From an uncultured virus (IMG/VR IMGVR_UViG_3300033487_000001) (lineage: Duplodnaviria; Heunggongvirae; Uroviricota; Caudoviricetes), in IMG/VR virus record IMGVR_UViG_3300033487_000001: 64,000 bases of DNA, one strand, 5' to 3'. Each line of letters begins with the position of its first letter. Position 1 is the stretch's first letter. Position numbers and translations under genes: made by a program. The notes beneath the pieces were generated by a model. The model saw only the letters and a program-made list of their open reading frames with translations, was not told the origin of the DNA and made no database searches. Below are positions 41,466 through 51,722 of the stretch, one piece after another.

Positions 41466-44087
41466 ATGAGCGCCTCCATCCAAGTCGGTCAGATCAGATT
41501 CGACACGACCGGCGCTCGTCCGGCGCCCAACACGCTGCCGGGGGGCAGCTTCTTCTACGACCAAACCACCAACAGTCTCTACCTGAACGCCACCGAGGCC
41601 GCAGGACAGGTCTGGCGGGCGATCAGCGGATCCTCTGCGGCCGGCGCGTTCATCGTCGGACCAGCCGGCAGCGGCGCGCAGTTCACGTCGATCCAATCGG
41701 CTATCGACGCTGCGGTCGCGGCCGGATACGGACCGGCCAACCCGACCAACATCCTTATTCTTCCTGGGACGTATACCGAAAACCCGATCGCACGCGTCGG
41801 CATCAACCTATCTGCCGCCAACCACACGACGCCGTCCAGCGCGACGGCGCCGTCGTCGAACGTCGTCGTAAACGGCAGCATCACGGTCGCCGACGAAGCC
41901 GGAAGCATCACAATCTACGGCCTGCTGGTGAACGCTGCGACGGGCGTGCCCATCACGCTCGGTGGCCTCAAGGCCGTAACCCTGTCTCTCACCAGCGTAT
42001 CGCTGAGTGCCCAGGACGCCGTCTCGCCGGCGCTCTGGATCACCAACTCCCATGCCTCTTCGGCTATCTCGATCGTCGGTAGCCGGCTGGCCAACGCCGC
42101 GCCGGCAGCGGCGGCACTCCAGACTAGCGCGGCGACCGCCGGCATCGAGATATCGTGTCAGGAAAGCCAGATTATCGGCGACAGGTCGGTCGATCATCAG
42201 GGCGTGAATGTCAGCACGTTCCGTGACTGCGCGATCGGCGGGGTGGTTACGGGTATCGCAGGTAACTCGATCACGATCAACGGCGGCTCGGTCGACACCG
42301 CGTTGATTCCGACGCTAGACGGAGGAGCCGCATACATCCTGTCGGGTTTCATCGGCTCACCCAACGGAATCACGTTTGCGCCGACCGCTACGATGGCGCC
42401 TTCGCACGTGACGAACCTGCTGACCACGGGCGCGCTCGGCGGCGCGGGCCCCCACACGCTGACCGCGACATCGCCAAATATCATCACCGTCACGCCTCCG
42501 GCCGACGGCGTAGTAGTGGTGAACCTGCCAAGCGTGCTGTCGCTGCCCGACGGCGCGATGCAGCGGCTGGTTGTGGGTGGATCGGCTTTGGGATCGGCCG
42601 TCGTGGTGCCTACTGCAGCGGCGGGCGAGGGCATCGGCACCGGCGGCGGCGACTGGTACCGTGCGTACGAGGGCGGCACGGTTGCCCTGCGGTCCAACCG
42701 CGCCGGGCTGCGTTGGGACGTCGAGGCGGAGTCGCGCGGCGTGCCACAGAAGCTGGACGTGTACGCTGATGCCGCGACGGGATCCGACAACAACCCCGGC
42801 ACACCGCTACGCCCCACGCTGACGCTCGACGCCGAATTCGCGATCGTGGCACGCCAGACGGGGGCTGGACGTGGGTGGGCCAGCTGGTGCCACATGAACG
42901 CCGCCGCCGGCACGTACACGCTGGCCGCCAGCGCGATCGTCGTGCCTCCGGCGTCCAGCGGCATCGGGCCCGAGCCTCCGGTGCTGGTCGGCGCGATGGC
43001 CGACTCGGGGCTTGGGGCACGTACGGTTGCTGGATCCAGCGCGGGCGCGGGGGCCACGTTTGCCACGGTCACGGACACCGCTGGCGGATTGGTCGTCAAC
43101 GCATGGAAGGGATACTTCCTGCGGTACACGTCGGGCGCACAGGCCGGCAAGCAGTACCTGATCGACGCCAACACGGCCAACGTGTTCACGCTGGTCGGCA
43201 CGCAAAGCGTTCCGGTAAACGGCGACACGTACGTCGTCGAATCGCCGGCAACGATCGTTCGCACGGCAAACAACATCCTGCTCGTCAACGGCACGGACAA
43301 CAGTATTCTCGGTGCGCGACAGGTCCAGTTCGACGGACAGTCGGGCGCGACGTCGGATCTGTCGATCCGGCAGGGAACGCTGATTCATTCGGCGTGCTGG
43401 TTCAAGAACTGGTTCGCCGTGACCTCGGAGCCGACCGGCGCAGTGCTCACCGAGCAGTTCAGCGCCAGCGCTACCCAGCGCATCTACTTCCCGAGCCTGG
43501 GTATCCCGCAGACGATCGGCTCGTACTTTGTGTCCGGAGTGGCCAACGCGTCGCTCAACACCACGCGGTTCTCGACGCTGGACCTGCAGCAGTCGATGTT
43601 CGACGGCGTGTCGATCCAGGCGATCAACAACGGACGCGTGAACATCTCTGCCTGCGCGTTCCAGGGGGCGAGCGGCGTCAGGTCCACGGCCAACGGTACC
43701 ATCACCCTATCGGGCACTCGCTTCGAGGCCGTATCCGGCCTCGTCGGCGACTACGCCACCGCGGCGATCGTCGGCGACTCGGGCGCGCGCGTCACCGTCA
43801 GCACCACCGACGTCAGCAACTGCGTCGGAATCGCGCTGTCGCTGTCCGGCAGCGCCGTCGGCCGCATCCAGACGCTGGTGGGATCCGGCAACGCGGGCGT
43901 GCCGGTCTCGATCCTGCGCACCGCGTCGCTGATCAAGTCGAGCGGCAACACCGTTACGGGAGCAGTGGCTGGCAACGACGTACAGATCGGCGGCAACGCA
44001 GCGCCCAACACGTGGGCGTCGGTCAACGGCGGACTAAACACGGACCAGGCAGCGGTCGCCTCGCAGTTTTGCACCGCGTCCAACTAG
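41466..44087 (+). CDS. Fibre protein 3 (873 aa), full-length paralog of fibre 2
   Basis: Collinear similarity including LRYTSGAQAGK and TGAVAGNDVQIGG. Confidence 0.8.
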   Translation: MSASIQVGQIRFDTTGARPAPNTLPGGSFFYDQTTNSLYLNATEAAGQVWRAISGSSAAGAFIVGPAGSGAQFTSIQSAIDAAVAAGYGPANPTNILILPGTYTENPIARVGINLSAANHTTPSSATAPSSNVVVNGSITVADEAGSITIYGLLVNAATGVPITLGGLKAVTLSLTSVSLSAQDAVSPALWITNSHASSAISIVGSRLANAAPAAAALQTSAATAGIEISCQESQIIGDRSVDHQGVNVSTFRDCAIGGVVTGIAGNSITINGGSVDTALIPTLDGGAAYILSGFIGSPNGITFAPTATMAPSHVTNLLTTGALGGAGPHTLTATSPNIITVTPPADGVVVVNLPSVLSLPDGAMQRLVVGGSALGSAVVVPTAAAGEGIGTGGGDWYRAYEGGTVALRSNRAGLRWDVEAESRGVPQKLDVYADAATGSDNNPGTPLRPTLTLDAEFAIVARQTGAGRGWASWCHMNAAAGTYTLAASAIVVPPASSGIGPEPPVLVGAMADSGLGARTVAGSSAGAGATFATVTDTAGGLVVNAWKGYFLRYTSGAQAGKQYLIDANTANVFTLVGTQSVPVNGDTYVVESPATIVRTANNILLVNGTDNSILGARQVQFDGQSGATSDLSIRQGTLIHSACWFKNWFAVTSEPTGAVLTEQFSASATQRIYFPSLGIPQTIGSYFVSGVANASLNTTRFSTLDLQQSMFDGVSIQAINNGRVNISACAFQGASGVRSTANGTITLSGTRFEAVSGLVGDYATAAIVGDSGARVTVSTTDVSNCVGIALSLSGSAVGRIQTLVGSGNAGVPVSILRTASLIKSSGNTVTGAVAGNDVQIGGNAAPNTWASVNGGLNTDQAAVASQFCTASN

Positions 44088-44121
44088 TCCGACCGGCATC
44101 CTGTGGCACAATCATTCGACC

Positions 44122-44553
44122 ATGCCATACCGAACACCGTGCCCCCCGCATAGCGACCCGCCGGCCAAGCTACGCAGCTCGATGATTGCGGACTGGTGCG
44201 ATGTTTGGTTGTCGATCGCCATCGTGGGAGCGTTTGTGTCCATGGCGCAGATAGCCGGAACAATTCAGCCTGAAGCGCCGATGGCCCCTGAGCTGTCCGT
44301 AAGCACCGGCGCCTACGAGGTCGCAGAGGTGGATCTATGGGTCTGGCCTTTGGATCCGCGGCGCGTGTCTTGGTCAGCCACCGCCGAGGACGCCGTGGCA
44401 CACTGGACGAACGTTGAGCTGTGCGCGGCATGCAGCCTCGTCGGCAGCGACGCATACGAGCCAATGCGAAAGCTGTATCAGCCACAGCAGCTAAAGTGGA
44501 CGAGGCTGGATCCATACCAGCCTCACCCCGCTGCGTGGCACGCACTCAGATAG
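44122..44553 (+). CDS. Hypothetical protein with one TM segment
   Basis: VWLSIAIVGAFVSMA; TGG-CACAAT upstream. Confidence 0.45.
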   Translation: MPYRTPCPPHSDPPAKLRSSMIADWCDVWLSIAIVGAFVSMAQIAGTIQPEAPMAPELSVSTGAYEVAEVDLWVWPLDPRRVSWSATAEDAVAHWTNVELCAACSLVGSDAYEPMRKLYQPQQLKWTRLDPYQPHPAAWHALR

Positions 44554-44672
44554 CCTCTACGGCGATTCGCCGTCGCCGTAGGATCCCGCCACCACTCGGA
44601 TCACCACGGCGACGCAGGCCAGCGCGAACGCACCCGCCAACATCCCAGCCGCCAGAACCAACGCCGTATGCA

Positions 44673-45515
44673 TCATCGAGACGTACCGTACGCGCGACGT
44701 GGTGCGTTCAGTGAGTCAGCCAAGAACGAAACGGCCGCCTCGAACTCGGCGAGGGTGCCGTTATTGTCCAGGTCTCCGTCCATGTAGTCCTCTCCGTCCG
44801 ACAGAAAGCGTTCGCGCGTCGGCAGCGACGCGTGAATAGCGACTCCTGCCGGCTGCGGACGCCGCACCGAATCGTCGATCCAGAACGCGTATGGATCGAT
44901 CTCCTCGCCAGACGTGGCAAACCCACGCAGCGCGACCGCCTCGTTGGCGAAGCGAAGGTCCGGGATGACCACGCCGTCTTGGGCCCCGCAGGCGCACGGC
45001 AATTCGCCGTGCGTGACACCTGTACCGACGCCGCCGGACGACGTGTATGAGGCGCCGTCGCGAATGGCGCGCAGGTCAGAAACCGTCAGCTTGACCCAGT
45101 TGTCTGGATCCACGGCACGCCCGACCTCGGTACCCAGGTGGCGGAGCACGAACCTCGGCGTCAGTGAGGGGCCGAAGGCCCGCGAGCGCGCCAGCAGGTC
45201 AGCCATGAGGGTTACGGCCACGGAGTACAGTCCTCCGTCGTCAATCGTAACCGGGAACCACTTCTCGATGCACATGCCCGAAGTGGCCCGCTCAGCACGA
45301 AACCAGTACTCCGGATCGCTACCGCGCACGCCGATCGGTTCCTCGCGAAGCCGCGTCGAGCCGAACAGCTGCTGTTCGCTGAATCCGTAGATCTCCCGCG
45401 CCAGGCGCTTGATGCGATCGGCAAACCCTACGCGCACGAAGCCGCGCGACACGAATTCTGCGGCGGCGGTGTCCTTGCCGCATCCGTCGACTCCCGCAAA
45501 CGCGACCACCTTCAT
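44673..45515 (-). CDS. Deoxynucleoside monophosphate kinase
   Basis: GVDGCGKDT, FADxIK, LxxLGTEVGR, DLRFxNE; GGAGG SD. Confidence 0.85.
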   Translation of the reverse strand: MKVVAFAGVDGCGKDTAAAEFVSRGFVRVGFADRIKRLAREIYGFSEQQLFGSTRLREEPIGVRGSDPEYWFRAERATSGMCIEKWFPVTIDDGGLYSVAVTLMADLLARSRAFGPSLTPRFVLRHLGTEVGRAVDPDNWVKLTVSDLRAIRDGASYTSSGGVGTGVTHGELPCACGAQDGVVIPDLRFANEAVALRGFATSGEEIDPYAFWIDDSVRRPQPAGVAIHASLPTRERFLSDGEDYMDGDLDNNGTLAEFEAAVSFLADSLNAPRRAYGTSR

Positions 45516-45691
45516 TTCGGTCCTCCCAGTGGGAACTTCGAAGCCTGCTCGATCATTTCCTTGCACGCTGGGCACTTAGACGGCTGGCCCATCTGAGCCT
45601 TACGACACTTGCGCCAACAGTAGTAGCAATCGGCCGCGTCGTCGCGTTCGGGCATGGGGCCGAAGTTGTCCAGCATGTTCGAGAAGCCCAT
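45512..45691 (-). CDS. Small Zn-finger protein (59 aa, not in ORF track)
   Basis: MGFSNM...CWRKC...CPAC; fills the gap, TGA overlaps kinase start. Confidence 0.45.
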   Translation of the reverse strand: MGFSNMLDNFGPMPERDDAADCYYCWRKCRKAQMGQPSKCPACKEMIEQASKFPLGGPK

Positions 45692-45694
45692 GCG

Positions 45695-46261
45695 CTACCC
45701 CCGTCTCGTGTACTTCAGGAATCGATACGCCGGCACCTGCACGCCCTCCGGCGTCGTCGACGCCGGACGCCAAGCCGCGTCGCTCTCGTCGGAGACCCAG
45801 TCGAACGCGTGTACGAGGTGGGACGGAAAAACTCGGTCACAGTCGTACGCCGAGTCGATGCGCGTGATGTACAACTCGTCAACAGACGTATACTTCAAGG
45901 CCGACTCGTATACGCCTGCTCCGCCGATAAACCACACTCTGTCGTGGTTGCGGGCGCATGCAGCATCCTCCAGCGCGTCTTCGTCGTACCGAGCCCACGT
46001 AACGCCCCGCGCATCGTCGCGCAGTAGGGGTGCGTGGCGGCTGGTTTTCGTGCGAGAGACCACGTAATTGGTCCGGCCGGGCAACGCCCGGCCGATGGAT
46101 TCGTAGGTAACGCGCCCCATGATCACGGCGTTACCCACCGTGAGGGCACGGAACCTGCGTAGGTCCTCCTGGATCTTTGGCCACGGCATCTTGCCGTCGA
46201 GACCGATTCCGTCGGCGCGATCGAGCGCGGCGATCACACAGACTGTCATGCCGTATTCCAT
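45695..46261 (-). CDS. folA: Dihydrofolate reductase
   Basis: IGxxGxMPW, EDLRRF, VIMGRxTYESI, LPGRxNxVVSR, IGGAxVY, CDxxFP. Confidence 0.95.
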   Translation of the reverse strand: MEYGMTVCVIAALDRADGIGLDGKMPWPKIQEDLRRFRALTVGNAVIMGRVTYESIGRALPGRTNYVVSRTKTSRHAPLLRDDARGVTWARYDEDALEDAACARNHDRVWFIGGAGVYESALKYTSVDELYITRIDSAYDCDRVFPSHLVHAFDWVSDESDAAWRPASTTPEGVQVPAYRFLKYTRRG

Positions 46262-46275
46262 GATCCGTAGTCCTT

Positions 46276-47157
46276 TCAGATGGCCACGTCTGCTTTGATC
46301 GCTGGATGCGGATCGTATCCCTCTAGCTTGAGATGCTCGAATTCGATGCACTGGATATTCGTGGGCGCGTCCTCGACCAAAGACAAACTCGGATACGGCC
46401 TCGGTTCTCTCGTCAGCTGCAAACGTACCTGATCCACATGGTTCTTGTATACGTGCGCGTCGCCGAACGAAATCACCAGATCTCCCACACCGAGACCGCA
46501 GACGTGAGCCAACAGATGCGTGAGCAGCGCGTAGCTGGCGATGTTGAATGGCGCGCCGAGGAACAGGTCGGCGGAGCGCTGGTACATGTGACACGACAGG
46601 GCGCCGCGGATTACCCGCACTTGGAACAGAGTATGACACGGCGGAAGCGCTACGTCGTCTACCTCAGACGGATTCCACAGACTCACCACGTGCCGACGGC
46701 TGTTTGGGTTATTGATAATTGACGAAACAAGCCCAGTAAGCTGGTCGACACCGTTTGGATAGTACCCATCTACTCCGGCTTCGTCACCCATCTCTTCGCC
46801 GTCAACATTGTTTTCGTGCCACGCGCCGAAATTCCTAAGTTGATGGCCGTACACCGGCCCAAGCTCGCCCTTCTTGCGGCCGAACCTGTTACACTGTTCC
46901 TTGGTCGCCCATTCCTTCCAGATGTCGACACCCTTGGCGGACAGCTCCGGCTCGTACGTCGATCCGGAGACGAACCAAAACAGTTCCTCGGCAACCCACC
47001 GGAACGGAACCTTCTTGGTCGTGATCAGCGGAAAGCCCTCGCGCAGGTTGAAGCGAATCTGCCCGCCGAAGTAGCTGATCGTGCCAACGCCGGTTCGGTC
47101 GTCGGACTCGACTCCGTTCTCAAGCACGTGCCGCAGGAACGTCTCGTACTGGTTCAC
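46276..47157 (-). CDS. thyA: Thymidylate synthase ThyA
   Basis: DRTGVGT, PLITTKK, LPPCH, YQRSAD, PFNIASY, DAHVYxNH. Confidence 0.97.
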   Translation of the reverse strand: MNQYETFLRHVLENGVESDDRTGVGTISYFGGQIRFNLREGFPLITTKKVPFRWVAEELFWFVSGSTYEPELSAKGVDIWKEWATKEQCNRFGRKKGELGPVYGHQLRNFGAWHENNVDGEEMGDEAGVDGYYPNGVDQLTGLVSSIINNPNSRRHVVSLWNPSEVDDVALPPCHTLFQVRVIRGALSCHMYQRSADLFLGAPFNIASYALLTHLLAHVCGLGVGDLVISFGDAHVYKNHVDQVRLQLTREPRPYPSLSLVEDAPTNIQCIEFEHLKLEGYDPHPAIKADVAI

Positions 47158-47822
47158 TCCCCCACCAGCACCTTCTCGGCGATCGACTTGACCTGATCCA
47201 AGCTCGATCCGGCGTCGTCGCGCCCAAGAATCGCGACGATCGAGCGCAGCGCGGTATGCGCAAAAGACAGCTCGCGGTGCATCTCCTCGACCGACTCGCG
47301 AGGCGTGATCTTGTCGACCGTGCGCCGCGCGGACTTCTTCTCGGCCGCAGGAGTCTTGGTAGCCTCGGCTTCGAGCTCTGCCAGCCGGCGCTCAGCCTTG
47401 GCCAGGCGCGCGCGAATCGCCTTCGTGTCGGCGCCGTATCCACGGCTCGCGTGCACCTCGCACGCGGGCTCCTGATTTCCGTCCACCTCGTCGATTACGC
47501 GCGTGACGGCTGCGTGGCCGCACCACGCGCATGCCCCCAGCGCGTCTCGGGACTGCCCCCGGAGCCAGTGCTTGTACACGCCTCCGGAAACGTGCTCGCG
47601 CACCACCTCGCCCGAGGTCACGGCGCGGAAGATCGCGGTCGACACGGCACCACGCGACAGGTCGGGACGCAACGCGCACGTGGCGTTGATCAGATCCAAG
47701 CTGAAGATTCCAGGCGTGTCGTGCACCAGCTGCGCCACGCACATGGCAACAGAATCCTCGCGCTTGTGACGCTTGACGATGCGCTTGCCGACGGACTTGG
47801 TACCGGCATCTTCGATGGTCAT
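47154..47822 (-). CDS. Hypothetical protein (wHTH-like N-part, Zn finger, coiled coil)
   Basis: CAWC...CEVH; overlaps neighbours. Confidence 0.6.
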   Translation of the reverse strand: MTIEDAGTKSVGKRIVKRHKREDSVAMCVAQLVHDTPGIFSLDLINATCALRPDLSRGAVSTAIFRAVTSGEVVREHVSGGVYKHWLRGQSRDALGACAWCGHAAVTRVIDEVDGNQEPACEVHASRGYGADTKAIRARLAKAERRLAELEAEATKTPAAEKKSARRTVDKITPRESVEEMHRELSFAHTALRSIVAILGRDDAGSSLDQVKSIAEKVLVGE

Positions 47823-48076
47823 TTGTTCGGCTCCATGCTGTTCTTGTTGTGCATACCAGGAGGAGGGACCGTGGGCGCCGTCGGGTCGACGACGGGCAAG
47901 ATCTCAGACGTGGCGACGCTCTCGCCGCACGCCGGACAACGCAGCGTCATCGGACCGCCAGACCAGTCACGCCACCACGCAGCCGCGTCGTGCGGCACGC
48001 ATCCGGTGGCGTCATGCCGCCACAGCAGCCTCGCGGCCCGACCCACACGCCCCACCGATCCAACCTCGTCCTTCAT
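47819..48076 (-). CDS. Hypothetical protein
   Basis: CPAC motif; stop overlaps next start. Confidence 0.5.
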   Translation of the reverse strand: MKDEVGSVGRVGRAARLLWRHDATGCVPHDAAAWWRDWSGGPMTLRCPACGESVATSEILPVVDPTAPTVPPPGMHNKNSMEPNK

Positions 48077-48107
48077 ACCAGCTAAGACGGACTGCGTGGC
48101 GCGCTAT

Positions 48108-48476
48108 TCATCCGGCGTCTGGCGCCGCGAGAATTTCTCGCAGCGACAGCGCGGGCACGAGTATGCGGATGTAGTCAGCGCACTTCGCGCAACAACGCGG
48201 CACCCCGGCGTCGTCGGTCAGGTCGGTGCACCCGCACGTTTGCCAGCGTCCGTGGATGTGCGCGGTTACGGCCTCGTGGTCGGCGTGTCCGATCGCGCAC
48301 AGCAGCGTGACCATGACGCCGTCGTTGGTACACGACGCCCAGATGCTGGGCACCGGGTCTCCGTAACATCCGTACTGTCTCAACCACCCAGACATCGTCC
48401 CGGCGCTGATGGATGTCACCAGATCCGTGAGCAGCTTGTCGGCTGTGAACGCATCGAGATCAGACGCACACTGCAT
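48108..48476 (-). CDS. Hypothetical Cys-rich protein
   Basis: Fits minus-strand operon. Confidence 0.5.
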   Translation of the reverse strand: MQCASDLDAFTADKLLTDLVTSISAGTMSGWLRQYGCYGDPVPSIWASCTNDGVMVTLLCAIGHADHEAVTAHIHGRWQTCGCTDLTDDAGVPRCCAKCADYIRILVPALSLREILAAPDAG

Positions 48477-48493
48477 GGCTATTCACCCGGTGG

Positions 48494-49186
48494 CTAGATG
48501 GAGTGTATCAGCGCGTCGGTAGCGGCCACCACGTGCTCGGCAATGTCCATCACCGACATGGTCGGTGACGCAAACGCGTGCTGCGGCACGGATTCGCGCG
48601 GTACCAAGATACGCGCGGGGCGCTCCTGCTGGTTGTACTTGGTGACCACGGTAACGGCGTAGCCGTCGCTGTCGAGCCGCGATCGGTGGAAGATACCGGC
48701 CGGGATAGCGTAAGAGCTTCCGGCTGGGATGATGCTCACATTGGTCTCGGCGTCGAACGTTCCGCCAAGCTTCGTAGGGCGCTCGGAGCCGGCGCGCGCA
48801 TGCAGAACAGAGTACATCTCCATCGACCCGACCTGTCCGCTTGGGTCCTCGCGCAGGCTATATTCCTCCGAACCGATGCGCCCCATCAGCACCGTGGAGC
48901 TCAGAAAAAAACGATGGTCGTGCACGGATCCAGAACGCAGCATATCAGGCACGATGAGGTCGTTGTGCCAGATGTGCACCCGCACCTCCGGGTCCGTCAG
49001 CGGCAGATACGCCTGCAGAACGCCTACGGAGGCGTGGTGCCGCCACGACAGCGGCGACCGCATCGCAGCGGCCACCGCCGCGATCAGCGTGCGATTCCTG
49101 ACGCCCCGTTCCACGCGCGTGTAGAAGTCTGGGCACCGTTCATCGACCGGCGGCCACCCAGGTGCGTACGGATCCATCGACAGCAT
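48494..49186 (-). CDS. Cupin-like (double-stranded beta-helix) protein
   Basis: RVHIW, VHDHRF, YxIPAGIFHR; GAGG SD. Confidence 0.6.
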   Translation of the reverse strand: MLSMDPYAPGWPPVDERCPDFYTRVERGVRNRTLIAAVAAAMRSPLSWRHHASVGVLQAYLPLTDPEVRVHIWHNDLIVPDMLRSGSVHDHRFFLSSTVLMGRIGSEEYSLREDPSGQVGSMEMYSVLHARAGSERPTKLGGTFDAETNVSIIPAGSSYAIPAGIFHRSRLDSDGYAVTVVTKYNQQERPARILVPRESVPQHAFASPTMSVMDIAEHVVAATDALIHSI

Positions 49187-49211
49187 CGTTCACCTCTCGT
49201 GATAGAGTTCA

Positions 49212-49421
49212 TCAATGACGCGTTCGTGACGTCTCGTAGATCAGGCAGTTCACGCCGTCTTCCATCGACTCGATGGCCGCACGCTGGTCAAAAAAACATT
49301 CGGGACACTCGCACGGGCCACACAGCCCGTCCGCCGCGTCGCATCGGGCGCACAGGTACCCGCCCTGCCACGTCCACGCCACGAAGTGGCACCCGCCACA
49401 CCTGGCGCATGGCGGCATCAT
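49212..49421 (-). CDS. Small Zn-finger protein
   Basis: Several CxxC pairs; start overlaps upstream stop. Confidence 0.5.
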   Translation of the reverse strand: MMPPCARCGGCHFVAWTWQGGYLCARCDAADGLCGPCECPECFFDQRAAIESMEDGVNCLIYETSRTRH

Positions 49422-49681
49422 TCGCCGTCCGCCTTGGTGTCCAGCACTTGGCTGGCGACGCTCTTGGCAAGATTGGGATGCCTGCGAATCACGATCAGCG
49501 CGCTCCTCAGCCGCTCGATCTCGTTCTGCTCGCTGACGAACGCCGCCTCGTCGATCAGTCGAGGATCGTCCGGCGGCGCGACGAATCCGGTCGACGGCTC
49601 CGTCTTCGACGGAGCAAGCGACACGCAAAGCAGAAACACGAGCCCGGCAAACATCCCGATCAGAAAGGCGGTTACCAGCAT
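49418..49681 (-). CDS. Small membrane protein
   Basis: N-terminal TM; GAGG SD. Confidence 0.55.
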   Translation of the reverse strand: MLVTAFLIGMFAGLVFLLCVSLAPSKTEPSTGFVAPPDDPRLIDEAAFVSEQNEIERLRSALIVIRRHPNLAKSVASQVLDTKADGE

Positions 49682-49724
49682 GCGGTCACCTCAGAGTTAC
49701 CGACGGGCGCGCCCCGGAGACTAT

Positions 49725-50987
49725 TCAGCGCTCCGAACGAAGCGACGGAAGTTTTGGGTGATCCGACCGGTCGTCCACCCACAGCGCTGTGACGTTATTT
49801 TTGCCTCGCTTGGAATCTAACAGCAAAAACGCCTGCTGCGGCGGCTCGTACGGCGCCTTGATAAAGTACGAGAAAGGCGACATGCCGATCAGCGATCCGT
49901 TGACGATGATGCGGTTAAAATCTCGAAACTGATGGAAATGTCCGCAGACGCGCAGATCCGCGCGGCGGACCGAATCCCACTGCGGGAGGGCCTTGAGCAG
50001 CGGGATGCCGATGCCTCCGACGCCTCCACCATACGACACGGCGTCACCGTGTGTGTAGGCTGTGTCGAAGTCGTACACGCGAACGTGCTGATGGATCGAC
50101 TTCGACGTAACAAACCTGACGCGCTTATCTCCAGCGAAGTCGGCTTCGAGCACCCGCGAAAACAGGTATTCGAAATTGTTCTCGGGCCCCGTCGAGATGC
50201 GCTTCTGCTGCCCCACGCGCCCGTGGTTGCCGTAGCACGTCGGCACCACCAGCGTGTCTAGGTCAAGCGAGTCGAGCAGAAACTTGATGCCCGACACCAG
50301 TCGCGGTCGCAGCCAGAGACCGGCCTCGATCGGCGCCAGCTCGTTCGACTCGATCAGCTCGTCGTGGATGTGGCCGCTGATCAGATCTCCCAGCAGGCCC
50401 AGCACCATGTGCCGGATCACCATCCGCTTGGAGGCGCGATGGTGCTGGACCATGTCGTGTGCCGCCCGGAAGAAGCGGGCGACGCGTCTATCGGCGATCT
50501 CCAAGTTGTATTCGTTGCAGAAGTCGACCTTCTCGGCCGGCACCGGCTCCTCGACGTGCCAGTCTGATCCGATGACCAGCGCGGTGTTCTCGCGTAGCCC
50601 GCTCTTCTTCTCGGTACGCGGAATCACGACCTCCGGCGCGGACCTTCCGAGTGCGTCCATGTACCGGTTGCGTGCCTGCTCCTCGTGCAGGAGTTCGATC
50701 AGGCGACGGTTTTCGTCGCGCAAGCGCTGCGTGGCGCGCTTGGCGGCGTCGTCGCCGATCGGATCGATGGGACGCGTCTTGGTGGACGCGACGGTCGCCT
50801 TACCGACCGCGGCAGCCTCTCGCTCACCGCGATACCGGCCGCGGGGCTCCGGCCGTGGTCCTTTGCCAGCGCGGAATAACCGCCAGGCCTCTTTGTTCTG
50901 GGCGCGCACTTGCCGCGTGGTCAGCGCTTGCTTCGGCACGGTGTCCTTTCGTCGAGCGGGCGTCGCCGGACGCGCGGTGCTCGACAT
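49725..50987 (-). CDS. Calcineurin-like metallophosphoesterase
   Basis: SDWH, GDxxSG, GNHGR, HGD, GHFH motifs. Confidence 0.88.
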   Translation of the reverse strand: MSSTARPATPARRKDTVPKQALTTRQVRAQNKEAWRLFRAGKGPRPEPRGRYRGEREAAAVGKATVASTKTRPIDPIGDDAAKRATQRLRDENRRLIELLHEEQARNRYMDALGRSAPEVVIPRTEKKSGLRENTALVIGSDWHVEEPVPAEKVDFCNEYNLEIADRRVARFFRAAHDMVQHHRASKRMVIRHMVLGLLGDLISGHIHDELIESNELAPIEAGLWLRPRLVSGIKFLLDSLDLDTLVVPTCYGNHGRVGQQKRISTGPENNFEYLFSRVLEADFAGDKRVRFVTSKSIHQHVRVYDFDTAYTHGDAVSYGGGVGGIGIPLLKALPQWDSVRRADLRVCGHFHQFRDFNRIIVNGSLIGMSPFSYFIKAPYEPPQQAFLLLDSKRGKNNVTALWVDDRSDHPKLPSLRSER

Positions 50988-51035
50988 GGTTTTTTACAAT
51001 GCGTATCGTCTGCGGTCAAGCGATACGCGCGCAGG

Positions 51036-51722
51036 TCACTTGGTTTTGGCCGATGCGTCGGCACACTCTTCGACGGAACGCGCGGGCTGGTAACCGGCCG
51101 CGATCTGCTGGGCGTTGAACTCCGCGCGCGCCTCGCTGGGCACGGCGCGCGCGGACTCAGCCAAGAACTTGCGACGGGCTTCTTCGTTCGCGAAGGCGGC
51201 CTCGGCCTGCAGGTATGTGCGCCAGACGCCTTTGCGTCGATCATGCTTGCTCTGCGCACACATGGTCTGCGCCTCCGCCGCGCGCTTGGACGCGATCGCC
51301 CTTTCGGCGGCCAGCGACCGCACGCGCTGGTCCTTCAGCCTGCTTAGCAGCTTCAGAACTCGCTCCAGCGCCTTCGGATCGTCGATCTGCATGGGCTCTT
51401 TGACTGCGGTGGCATCCGCTCGCTCCGCCGCGCTGCGCGCACGACGATCGCGCCGACGCCTCTCCAGCTCTCCCGTCAGCACCCGTGCTTGGTGATACAT
51501 GGTGTCGCGCCGTCCCGCCAGCCGCTCGTGTTCGGTCCGGCACTCCGCCGCCTCGGCCGGCGAGATGTCTCCGCGGGCCCTGCCTTTTTCGAGGCGCACG
51601 ATCAGCGTCTCGATGCGCCGAGAGTAGTCGACGACATACCGCAGGATCTCGTCGATGCGCTCGTCGATCTGCTCGTCGCTGAGCGCGAGATGCGCCGGCG
51701 CTGGTACGTCCAAAAAGGTCAT
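51036..51722 (-). CDS. Hypothetical helical protein
   Basis: AGGAGGAG SD; coiled-coil composition. Confidence 0.65.
   Translation of the reverse strand: MTFLDVPAPAHLALSDEQIDERIDEILRYVVDYSRRIETLIVRLEKGRARGDISPAEAAECRTEHERLAGRRDTMYHQARVLTGELERRRRDRRARSAAERADATAVKEPMQIDDPKALERVLKLLSRLKDQRVRSLAAERAIASKRAAEAQTMCAQSKHDRRKGVWRTYLQAEAAFANEEARRKFLAESARAVPSEARAEFNAQQIAAGYQPARSVEECADASAKTK

Noticed and set aside
38785..44087. Diversity-generating retroelement or invertase shufflon acting on fibres
   Set aside because: No reverse transcriptase or recombinase in the window; differences are not adenine-specific and both genes have the same orientation.
46276..47157. NP dipeptides in ThyA (NNPNSRR, WNP) and the MTase (ENP) as tag instances
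   Set aside because: Conserved family motifs, not preceded by basic residues.
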